Shown piece by piece: positions 27,478 through 34,332 of a stretch of DNA of 48,037 bases. The notes under the pieces are model-generated. The model made no database searches and was not told the origin of the DNA. It saw only the letters and a list, made by a program, of their open reading frames with translations. The position numbers and the translations under genes are program-made. Origin of the DNA: an uncultured Eubacteriales bacterium (GTDB taxonomy: Bacteria; Bacillota; Clostridia; Oscillospirales; Acutalibacteraceae); contig CAYUTE010000008.1 of assembly GCA_964447545.1 (NCBI GenBank), forward strand, positions 1 through 48,037, given 5' to 3'. Numbering within the stretch: position 1 is the stretch's first letter; each line of letters opens with the position of its first letter.

Positions 27478-28881
27478 ATGAACACAAACAAAAATTCAAG
27501 CTCAGAACTTAAAGAAAAACTGTTTTTAAATAAGAAAAACGGTGCAAACCGCATAGGTGAATCAGAACTTAAAAAGAGTTTTGATTTTGCAGAAGGATAT
27601 AAAGATTTTTTGAACACTTGCAAAACAGAAAAAGAATGTGTGCGTTATGCAATTAATGAAGCTAAAAAATTAGGATTTGAAGAATTTGACAGCTCTAAAA
27701 AATATAAAGCAGGAGATAAAGTATATAAAATAAATAGAGATAGAAATATAGTTCTGGCTATTATCGGAAAAGACGGCACCAAAAACGGAATAAATTTAGC
27801 TGTTGCTCATGCCGATGCTCCACGCCTAGACCTTAAGCCAAATCCATTATTAGAAAACAATGAGCTTGCAATACTTAAAACTCATTATTATGGAGGAATT
27901 AAAAAGTATCAGTGGACAGTTCTTCCGCTTTCTTTACACGGCCGTATAGTAAAACGTGATGGAAGCTATGTTGATGTTTGTATTGGTGAAAATGATGATG
28001 AACCGTGCTTTTGCGTGACTGATTTGTTACCACATCTTGCTCGTGAGCAAATGTCTAAAAAGATGTCTGAAGGAATACTTGGAGAAAATTTAAATCTATT
28101 AGTTGGTAGTATTCCATTCGCTGATGCTGAGGGTTCTGAATTAGTTAAGCTCAATATTTTAAAAATATTGAATGATAAATATGGCATAGTTGAAGAAGAT
28201 CTTATATCTTCTGACCTTGAGCTTGTTCCCGCTTATAAAGCTAAAGATTTAGGGTTTGACAGGAGCTTAATTGGGGGATACGCTCACGATGATAGATCTT
28301 GTTGCTACCCATGTTTAAGAGCTATACTAGAGTCTAAAGATCCGAAAAAAACTACTGTGGTCATGTTAACGGATAAGGAAGAAATCGGAAGCGACGGAAA
28401 TACAGGTTCTCAATCTAAGTTTTTAGAGTATTTTATAGCTGACCTAGCAGATCAAGATGGAGTAAATTTACGTGATGTATTGACAAAAACCAAATGTCTT
28501 TCAGCAGATGTAAATGCAGCATACGACCCTACGTACCCTTCAAGTTTTGAACCCGCCAACAGTTCTTATATAAATAGGGGAGTAGTTGTTACAAAATATA
28601 CCGGAAGTGGCGGAAAATACGGGACATCTGATGCTACGGCCGAATTTACCGGTGAGGTCTGCAAGATTTTTAATGATAATGATGTTTTGTGGCAAAGCGG
28701 CGAGCTTGGAAAAGTAGATAATGGTGGCGGCGGAACCATTGCAAAATACATTGCCAATTTGAATGCAGATGTTATAGATGTTGGTGTTCCTGTATTGTCT
28801 ATGCACGCACCGTTTGAGGTGATTTCTAAAATAGATTTATATATGACGTTTAAAGCAATATTCTCATTTTTTAAAGCATAG
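27478..28881 (+). CDS. M18-family aminopeptidase
   Basis: VAHADAPRLDLKP, GYAHDDRSCCY, DKEEIGS, MHAP motifs of M18 aminopeptidases. ATG at 27478 lies 8 nt after AAAGGAA. Confidence 0.8.
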   Translation: MNTNKNSSSELKEKLFLNKKNGANRIGESELKKSFDFAEGYKDFLNTCKTEKECVRYAINEAKKLGFEEFDSSKKYKAGDKVYKINRDRNIVLAIIGKDGTKNGINLAVAHADAPRLDLKPNPLLENNELAILKTHYYGGIKKYQWTVLPLSLHGRIVKRDGSYVDVCIGENDDEPCFCVTDLLPHLAREQMSKKMSEGILGENLNLLVGSIPFADAEGSELVKLNILKILNDKYGIVEEDLISSDLELVPAYKAKDLGFDRSLIGGYAHDDRSCCYPCLRAILESKDPKKTTVVMLTDKEEIGSDGNTGSQSKFLEYFIADLADQDGVNLRDVLTKTKCLSADVNAAYDPTYPSSFEPANSSYINRGVVVTKYTGSGGKYGTSDATAEFTGEVCKIFNDNDVLWQSGELGKVDNGGGGTIAKYIANLNADVIDVGVPVLSMHAPFEVISKIDLYMTFKAIFSFFKA

Positions 28882-28927
28882 GTCTATTAAATGGATCAAA
28901 TATAAAAAATAATTAAATATTAGAAAT

Positions 28928-28959
28928 AAAAGCTCTTAAAATAGGGCTTTTATTTTTTT
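28928..28959 (+). terminator. Rho-independent terminator after the aminopeptidase gene, just inside the right end of the element
   Basis: Stem AAAGCTC/GGGCTTT (28929-28935 / 28944-28950, one G-U) followed by TATTTTTTT. Confidence 0.65.
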
Positions 28960-30386
28960 GCAATATTAAACTGCGCTAATCTGCCGTTGCAAGGAACAAA
29001 ATTATTTGTTAAAAGTGCAATTAATCTTTCTCTTGGCGAATCTATTATTCTGCATCCAATAACGCCACAGGCGTTACAACCAAACCCCATACAAGTGGTT
29101 AGCGCTTGCTTTCCGTGAGCTCCGCATTTATTGAATGAATTATCTAAACTAAAGGCTATTCTTGGCAAATATCCTACGTCTTCCAAGAATGTAAATAGCG
29201 GGAAAAATATGGCCATAGGCGGTAGCATTACTGAAACCACCCAAGCAAGTGTTCTGTACATACCTTCAACAAAAAGGCCGTTAATCCACTGCGGGCAAGA
29301 GTGCGATATTAGAATAGCTGTTAATTTTTCCTGAATATTAAATAGCACCGATGCTATAATTTCAGATGGGTAGTTTGCACCTGATATTGTTATCCAAAAT
29401 ATCCCCATAAGTAGGAGTATCATTATAGGTATTCCTGTTGTTTTGGAGGTTAAAACGTGGTCAATTTTTCTATCTTTTTTGTCATATGATTTGTTTTCAA
29501 TATGTACGCATAATCGGCTTATTTGTTCAGATTTGTTTATTAAAGACTTTACTATGATTTTTTTAATTGATTCTTGAGTTATGTTTTTTTTATTTAAAAT
29601 ATCTTTTTCTGATTCTATTATTTCTTTTACTGACGGATTGGTGTAAATTTCATTAAACTCATTTTTTATTTTTCCCTCTAGTTTTTTATCGTTTTCTAGA
29701 ATTTTAAGTGCGTGCCAGCGTGAGTTTGTGTTTTTTGATATAAAAGGGGAAATCGCAGCAGAAACATTTTCTAAGCAAGAATTTAAAGGGTCTGGATAGT
29801 TTATTGTTGTTCCAAATGTTTTGCGTTTTTTTAGAGCTACATCGTTTACAGCTTGCATAAGTTTTTTTATTCCTTGTTTTTTTCGGGCGTTTGTGTATAC
29901 AACGGGTACTCCAAGTTGTAATGAAAGTTCGTCTAAATCTATATAAATCTTTTTTTTCTTAGCTTCATCGATTAAGTTTACGCATATTACAACGTTTTTT
30001 GTCATTTCTAATATTTGTAAGGCTAAGTTTAGATTTCTTTCTAGACATGTTGCATCCATTACTACTATTATTGCATCTAGGTTTGAAAAACAAATGAAAT
30101 CTCTTGCTATTTCTTCTTCCGGCGAATTAGACATCAATGAGTATGTGCCGGGAATGTCTGTAATTTTAAAAGTATTGCCGTTGTAACAGTATTTTCCTTG
30201 AGCACACTCCACAGTTTTTCCGGGCCAGTTTCCTGTGTGCTGTTTCATGCCGGTAAGAACATTAAATACTGTACTTTTACCAACGTTGGGGTTGCCTGCA
30301 ATGGCAATGTTTTTAAAATTAATATTTTTGATTGTTTTTTTATTAAAATATTTAATTTTAGAAATAGAACTTTTTATAATGTTCAT
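28950..30386 (-). CDS. feoB: feoB 5' segment (G-domain, helical domain and first membrane segments). FeoB homology ends at 28980; the last 9 codons and the stop are element-encoded.
   Basis: G1 GNPNVGKST, G3 DIPGTYSL, NLID, membrane part up to ...RERLIALLTNNFVPCNGR. Then comes a non-FeoB tail LAQFNIAKK and the stop. Confidence 0.9.
   Translation of the reverse strand: MNIIKSSISKIKYFNKKTIKNINFKNIAIAGNPNVGKSTVFNVLTGMKQHTGNWPGKTVECAQGKYCYNGNTFKITDIPGTYSLMSNSPEEEIARDFICFSNLDAIIVVMDATCLERNLNLALQILEMTKNVVICVNLIDEAKKKKIYIDLDELSLQLGVPVVYTNARKKQGIKKLMQAVNDVALKKRKTFGTTINYPDPLNSCLENVSAAISPFISKNTNSRWHALKILENDKKLEGKIKNEFNEIYTNPSVKEIIESEKDILNKKNITQESIKKIIVKSLINKSEQISRLCVHIENKSYDKKDRKIDHVLTSKTTGIPIMILLLMGIFWITISGANYPSEIIASVLFNIQEKLTAILISHSCPQWINGLFVEGMYRTLAWVVSVMLPPMAIFFPLFTFLEDVGYLPRIAFSLDNSFNKCGAHGKQALTTCMGFGCNACGVIGCRIIDSPRERLIALLTNNFVPCNGRLAQFNIAKK
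28962..28995. other. Right junction (attR-like) of the feoB-intervening segment
   Basis: Plus strand: element arm AATATTAAACTGCGCT (28962-28977), AAT core (28978-28980), then the feoB side TCTGCCGTTGCAAGG. TTAAACTG at 28966-28973 is the inverted copy of the left-arm octamer at the same 4-nt distance from the core. Confidence 0.6.
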
Positions 30387-30440
30387 TTAAAACGACACAT
30401 CTCCAAACTAAAATTTTTGAAATTAATTTTAATATGATTT

Positions 30441-30683
30441 TTAAATCTCATAAACTATTATGTCTTTGATGTCATCGTTCCTGAGTGCGATCACTGCTCC
30501 GCGTATTAAGTAAGCAGTTAAATTTTTTGAAGGGTCATTATGTAGAGCTTTAATTTTTGTGCCTTCCACTAAGCCCAAATCCATAAATCTACGCAACAAA
30601 AAATCATCTTTTGCACTAACTTTAATTATTTTATACTCGTGATTGAGTTTGCAATTGTTTAGACGTACAAATATAGTCTTCAA
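30441..30683 (-). CDS. feoA: FeoA-family protein
   Basis: 80 aa, SH3-like FeoA pattern (RRFMDLGLVEGTKIKAL...GAVIALRNDD), directly upstream of feoB. TTG start. Confidence 0.8.
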   Translation of the reverse strand: MKTIFVRLNNCKLNHEYKIIKVSAKDDFLLRRFMDLGLVEGTKIKALHNDPSKNLTAYLIRGAVIALRNDDIKDIIVYEI

Positions 30684-30703
30684 TTTGTTTCAGTCCTTCG
30701 CAA

Positions 30704-30724
30704 CATAATTTTTAACAAATTATG
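30704..30724. promoter_or_regulatory. Perfect 8-5-8 palindrome in the feoAB upstream region (candidate operator)
   Basis: CATAATTT-TTAAC-AAATTATG, 21-41 nt upstream of the feoA start. The half-sites are AT-rich ATAAT-type. Confidence 0.4.
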
Positions 30725-30745
30725 CATTTGCTCAATTTTTTGATA

Positions 30746-30787
30746 CTAAAAAAACAAAACACACACCATAAGTTTGGTATGTGTTTT
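30746..30787 (-). terminator. Rho-independent terminator of the repeat-protein gene, upstream of feoA
   Basis: Minus strand: AAAACACATACC-loop-GGTGTGTGTTTT followed by GTTTTTTT. Confidence 0.75.
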
Positions 30788-30836
30788 GCTGGCTAATTAT
30801 TATATTTAATAATATATTTGCTTATTATTTGTCTGT

Positions 30837-31490
30837 TTAGTCTTCGGTTTCACTTTCACTTGCGCTATCGCTTTTTGAAGTTACTTGGGGTTTAGTTGTT
30901 TCTTTAGGTTGCTCTTCTTTAGGTTGTTCTTCTTTAGGTTGTTCTTCCGTAGGTTGTTCTTCCGTAGGTTGTTCTTCTAGAACAACAGCTGAATCATCAG
31001 CTGAATCATCAAAAAGAGCAGGAAAATGTTTTTTACAATAATCTTTGGTTAACTTCTTAGAAGCTTCTTCATCGGCTTTCATTACCTGATATGCGAACCA
31101 TTGTTCAGTAATTATTCTGTTTGCCCAACGTCCATTGCCGCTTTTTTTGGTTGAATGCAAACGTAAAATTCTGCTTTCGTTTTTTTCAAATATTACTTCT
31201 GGTTCTTGAGTTATTTCACCGGTTTGAGCAAATACTAATTTTTTCTGTACAACAGGTGTTAAACTGCCGTGGGCTACTTGATTCCAACTTTGTGCTGCTT
31301 CTCTTACTTTTTCATCGCTGCTGTGTGCTTTAAACAAATTGAAAACTGCGCGAGGTACGTTAGGTGTGGCTGCAACAACCATAGTAGTTCCTTCTACTGC
31401 GGCTAATGTTCCTATTACTGCTGCAGATATTACTAATGCTGTTGTTCCAACCTTAAATTTTACTGTTTTTACAATATTGGATACTGACAT
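30837..31490 (-). CDS. Hypothetical membrane-anchored protein with C-terminal EEQP(T/K) pentapeptide repeats and an acidic Ser-rich tail
   Basis: It has an N-terminal hydrophobic segment (TTALVISAAVIGTLAAV) and no family I recognise. The second ATG (31490) is preferred, 10 nt after AAGGA. The ORF track starts at 31499. Confidence 0.5.
   Translation of the reverse strand: MSVSNIVKTVKFKVGTTALVISAAVIGTLAAVEGTTMVVAATPNVPRAVFNLFKAHSSDEKVREAAQSWNQVAHGSLTPVVQKKLVFAQTGEITQEPEVIFEKNESRILRLHSTKKSGNGRWANRIITEQWFAYQVMKADEEASKKLTKDYCKKHFPALFDDSADDSAVVLEEQPTEEQPTEEQPKEEQPKEEQPKETTKPQVTSKSDSASESETED
30902..30976. repeat. Tandem repeat, 5 x 15 bp, in-frame (encodes EEQPT/EEQPK)
   Basis: Units CTTTAGGTTGCTCTT / CTTTAGGTTGTTCTT x2 / CCGTAGGTTGTTCTT x2, head to tail. 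Confidence 0.9.
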
Positions 31491-31532
31491 TCTTAACATT
31501 TCCTTTCAAACAAAAATTTGTAAAACAAATTA

Positions 31533-31567
31533 CAATGATAAATTATCATTATACTTTAAGTTTGTCA
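31533..31567 (-). promoter_or_regulatory. Candidate promoter with overlapping Fur-box-like palindrome upstream of the repeat-protein gene
   Basis: Minus strand: TTGACA (31562-31567), 17 nt, TAATTT (31539-31544) preceded by TGA. A perfect 8-1-8 palindrome AATGATAA-A-TTATCATT (31533-31549) covers the -10. Confidence 0.45.
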
Positions 31568-31614
31568 ATGGTTTTTGCCATATATACTGAGCATAAAAAC
31601 AGCATTTTAAAAAT

Positions 31615-32220
31615 TTATATTTCGCTACGACCTTCCAGCGCTCTTGAAAGTGTAACCTCATCTGCATATTCAAGTGAGGCGCCTACAGGCACGCCGTAGG
31701 CCAATCTGGTTACTTTTATACCCAATGGTTTTAAGAGCTTGGAAATATACATAGCAGTGGCTTCGCCCTCTACTGTGGGATTAGTGGCAAGAATTACTTC
31801 TTTGATTTCCTCTTTGGAAATTCGTCCAATTAATTCTTTAATGTGCAAATGCTCCGGACCAATACCGCCAATAGGGGAGAGAACGCCATGTAAAACATGA
31901 TATTTACCTTTATATTCGTCTGTTCGTTCAATAGCATCTACATCTTTAGGGTCTTCTACAACGCAAACAGTTGAGGAATCTCTTGAATTATCAGAACATA
32001 TATTGCAAATTTTTTCTCCTGTAAAATTACAACATCTATCGCAATATTTTATGTTTTTTTTGGCTTCGATTATTGAATTAGCAAAAGTTTGAGCTTTTTC
32101 ATCTGACATTTTTAAAACACAATAAGCAAGCCTGGCGGCGCTTTTGTGTCCGATGCCGGGCAATGATTCAAAGCATTCGCGTAATTCTGTAAGTGGTAAA
32201 AAATTACTGCTTTTTTGCAT
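31615..32220 (-). CDS. recR: Recombination protein RecR
   Basis: HhH ([13 protein letters not shown]), zinc finger [16 protein letters not shown], Toprim [12 protein letters not shown]. dnaX-ybaB-recR synteny. Confidence 0.95.
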   Translation of the reverse strand: MQKSSNFLPLTELRECFESLPGIGHKSAARLAYCVLKMSDEKAQTFANSIIEAKKNIKYCDRCCNFTGEKICNICSDNSRDSSTVCVVEDPKDVDAIERTDEYKGKYHVLHGVLSPIGGIGPEHLHIKELIGRISKEEIKEVILATNPTVEGEATAMYISKLLKPLGIKVTRLAYGVPVGASLEYADEVTLSRALEGRSEI

Positions 32221-32221
32221 A

Positions 32222-32566
32222 TTAAAACATTCCCGGAATATTTAATCCGTTTGTAATTGAGCCAAGTGAAGATTCTTTTTCTTCGTTTGCTTTTGATATT
32301 GCGTTATTAGTTGCTAAAACTATCATGTCTGATAAAAATTCAAGATCATTTACGTCAACTATTTCTGGGTTTATATCAATTTTTTTAAGTTCGGGTTTTC
32401 CGGATACGGTTACAGTAACTTCCCCGCCACCAGATGAACTTGTGTATTCTTTCTCATCTAATTGCGCAGTGATTTGTTCCATTTGCGCTTGGGCTTCTTG
32501 TGCCTGTTTGGCTAATTTTTGAAAATTCATTCCGCCCATTCCTTGATTTGGTACTCTTGCTTTCAT
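32222..32566 (-). CDS. ybaB: Nucleoid-associated protein YbaB/EbfC
   Basis: 114 aa. It has the MQ-rich N-terminus, the [11 protein letters not shown] core, and a position between dnaX and recR. Confidence 0.9.
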   Translation of the reverse strand: MKARVPNQGMGGMNFQKLAKQAQEAQAQMEQITAQLDEKEYTSSSGGGEVTVTVSGKPELKKIDINPEIVDVNDLEFLSDMIVLATNNAISKANEEKESSLGSITNGLNIPGMF

Positions 32567-32577
32567 TAAAAATCCTC

Positions 32578-34059
32578 CTAATTTATAGTTATATCAACAC
32601 CGCTAGATTTAGCGTTATTTATTAATTCGTCTAACGGATTGTTTATTTTTTCTTTGCTACCGGCTTTATTGGATTCTGGCGTATAAGGTCCAAGATTATA
32701 TTGTTTTCCTGTGATTTCTTTTATTATGTTTTTTATTTCTCTACGATAGTCACTGTTTCTTAAAAGTTCAAATGCCATTGCGTTTTGAGAATCTATTAGT
32801 ATATAGTTCTTTTTCTGATACGCCGTTGAATCTTTCAAAGAAATATAAAGCGATTTTAAGTTTTTCTGGTTTTTAAGTTTTTCTATTATGTCGTGCCAAG
32901 ACTCAAAAACGTTATCGGGAGCAGTGTTTATTATCTCTATTGGGCTTACATCTTTAATTGTTTCTTTTTTAGGAGAAACTTTTGCAACCGGTTTCTGAGA
33001 TTTTTTCTCTTTTTTTGGAACACTGTCGCCGAAAATTCCGCATAATTTTACTACAGCGATTTCCATTTCTAGTTTTGAATTTACTCCGGAAGAAATGTTT
33101 TTATAGGAATTTTGTAAAATATCTAAAGAATTCAAGATTTTATTAATGTCTAAATTATTATTCTCGCTTGCTACTTGTTTAATCATTAAATTCCTGAAAT
33201 ACTGCATTATTTCCTCACAAAACAATGCCATGTTTTTAGATTGCATATAAATTTTATCTAGGAAATCCAATCCGTTTTTACAGTCAGAATTAAAAACATA
33301 GTTTATGAATTCATCAAAACAATCGCTATCGGCAATACCTAGGATTTTTTGAACCGATTGCTTTGTTATATTGTTTTCGCACGAATTTGCACATTGGTCT
33401 AGTAGTGATAGTGCGTCACGCATTCCTCCGTCCGCATACTTTGCAATTATTTTGCTTGCTTCAGGTTCTATTTTTATAGATTCTTTTTTACAAATGAAAT
33501 TTATTCTATCTATAATTTCGTTTTGAGAGATTCTGTGAAAATCAAAACGTTGGCACCTGGAAATTATAGTTGCGGGAATTTTTTGAATTTCAGTTGTGGC
33601 TAAGATGAATATAACGTGGGCAGGGGGTTCTTCTAGAACTTTTAAAAAAGCATTAAAGGCCCCGGTAGAAAGCATATGAACTTCATCTACGATATAAACT
33701 CTATATTTACATCTTGCCGGTGTAAACATTACCTCTTCACGCATAGAACGAATATTTTCTACACCGTTATTACTTGCGGCATCGATTTCGGATATATCCG
33801 TGGCGTTTTCTGATTGCAAATATGAACATATGTCACATTTACCGCATGGATTGCCATTTTTTGGCGAAGAACAGTTTACGGCTTTAGCAAAAATTTTTGC
33901 ACATGTTGTTTTGCCGGTCCCACGAGGACCTGTAAATAGGTAGGCGTGAGAAATTCTGTTTGAACTTATCTCACTTTCTAATGTTTGGGTAATATGATTT
34001 TGCCCTATTACATCTTCAAATGTTTTTGGACGCCATTTTCTGTATAATGCTTGATACAC
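32578..34059 (-). CDS. dnaX: DNA polymerase III subunit gamma/tau
   Basis: ALYRKWRP, Walker A GPRGTGKTT, zinc module CGKCDIC, DEVHMLS, SRCQRF. GTG start 9 nt after GAGG. 493 aa. Confidence 0.9.
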   Translation of the reverse strand: MYQALYRKWRPKTFEDVIGQNHITQTLESEISSNRISHAYLFTGPRGTGKTTCAKIFAKAVNCSSPKNGNPCGKCDICSYLQSENATDISEIDAASNNGVENIRSMREEVMFTPARCKYRVYIVDEVHMLSTGAFNAFLKVLEEPPAHVIFILATTEIQKIPATIISRCQRFDFHRISQNEIIDRINFICKKESIKIEPEASKIIAKYADGGMRDALSLLDQCANSCENNITKQSVQKILGIADSDCFDEFINYVFNSDCKNGLDFLDKIYMQSKNMALFCEEIMQYFRNLMIKQVASENNNLDINKILNSLDILQNSYKNISSGVNSKLEMEIAVVKLCGIFGDSVPKKEKKSQKPVAKVSPKKETIKDVSPIEIINTAPDNVFESWHDIIEKLKNQKNLKSLYISLKDSTAYQKKNYILIDSQNAMAFELLRNSDYRREIKNIIKEITGKQYNLGPYTPESNKAGSKEKINNPLDELINNAKSSGVDITIN

Positions 34060-34101
34060 AGGCTATTACCTCACTTATTAAATTTGTTTTTATAATAGAT
34101 T

Positions 34102-34237
34102 GTGTAACTCAACATGCAGCTGAAAGAATTAACCAAATCGCACGGAACATATTGTTTAATGCTGCTCGGTTCCCCGCCTGACATGGTTCACAATCATCCG
34201 TCGCATGGCACCCATTCAACTGCATGTTGAATTACAC
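34102..34237 (-). ncRNA. ffs: Signal recognition particle RNA, small (4.5S-like) type
   Basis: Minus strand carries the domain IV signature GTCAGG-CGG-GGAA-CCG-AGCAGC at the tip of a long hairpin. The hairpin is closed by a 23-bp stem (GTGTAATTCAACATGCAGTTGAA / TTCAGCTGCATGTTGAGTTACAC, two G-U). It lies immediately upstream of dnaX, as in many Firmicutes. A TATAAT sits about 8 nt upstream of the stem. The ends are approximate. Confidence 0.75.
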
Positions 34238-34332
34238 ATTCTTTAATTATAAAATGTATTTTACAAAGTTTATTATATATTAGTAAACAAAAAAACTCAA
34301 TACCTAATTTTTTGTTATGGAGGGTTTTTGAT

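Larger units (their letters stand above)
19201..28979. mobile_element. Putative excisable feoB-intervening element (large-serine-recombinase type), 9,777 bp between the repeated cores
   Basis: It is bounded by identical AAT cores and symmetric imperfect inverted arms. A large serine recombinase gene ends 24 bp from the left junction. Deletion of 19203..28979 fuses the two feoB halves in frame. Confidence 0.6.

Noticed and set aside
19201-28979. The insert might be an IS element, composite transposon or prophage.
   Set aside because: There is no transposase, no target-site duplication beyond the 3-nt core, and no phage or conjugation genes. The only mobility gene is a serine recombinase, and the ends look like att half-sites rather than transposon terminal inverted repeats.
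18465-30386. The two FeoB-like ORFs might be two separate feoB paralogs, or a natural two-polypeptide FeoB.
   Set aside because: They cover non-overlapping, exactly abutting parts of one FeoB (the break falls inside the conserved CNGR|FP segment). The downstream piece lacks an SD or start of its own. The upstream piece ends in 9 unrelated codons. A two-piece transporter cannot be fully excluded and is listed as a refutation test.
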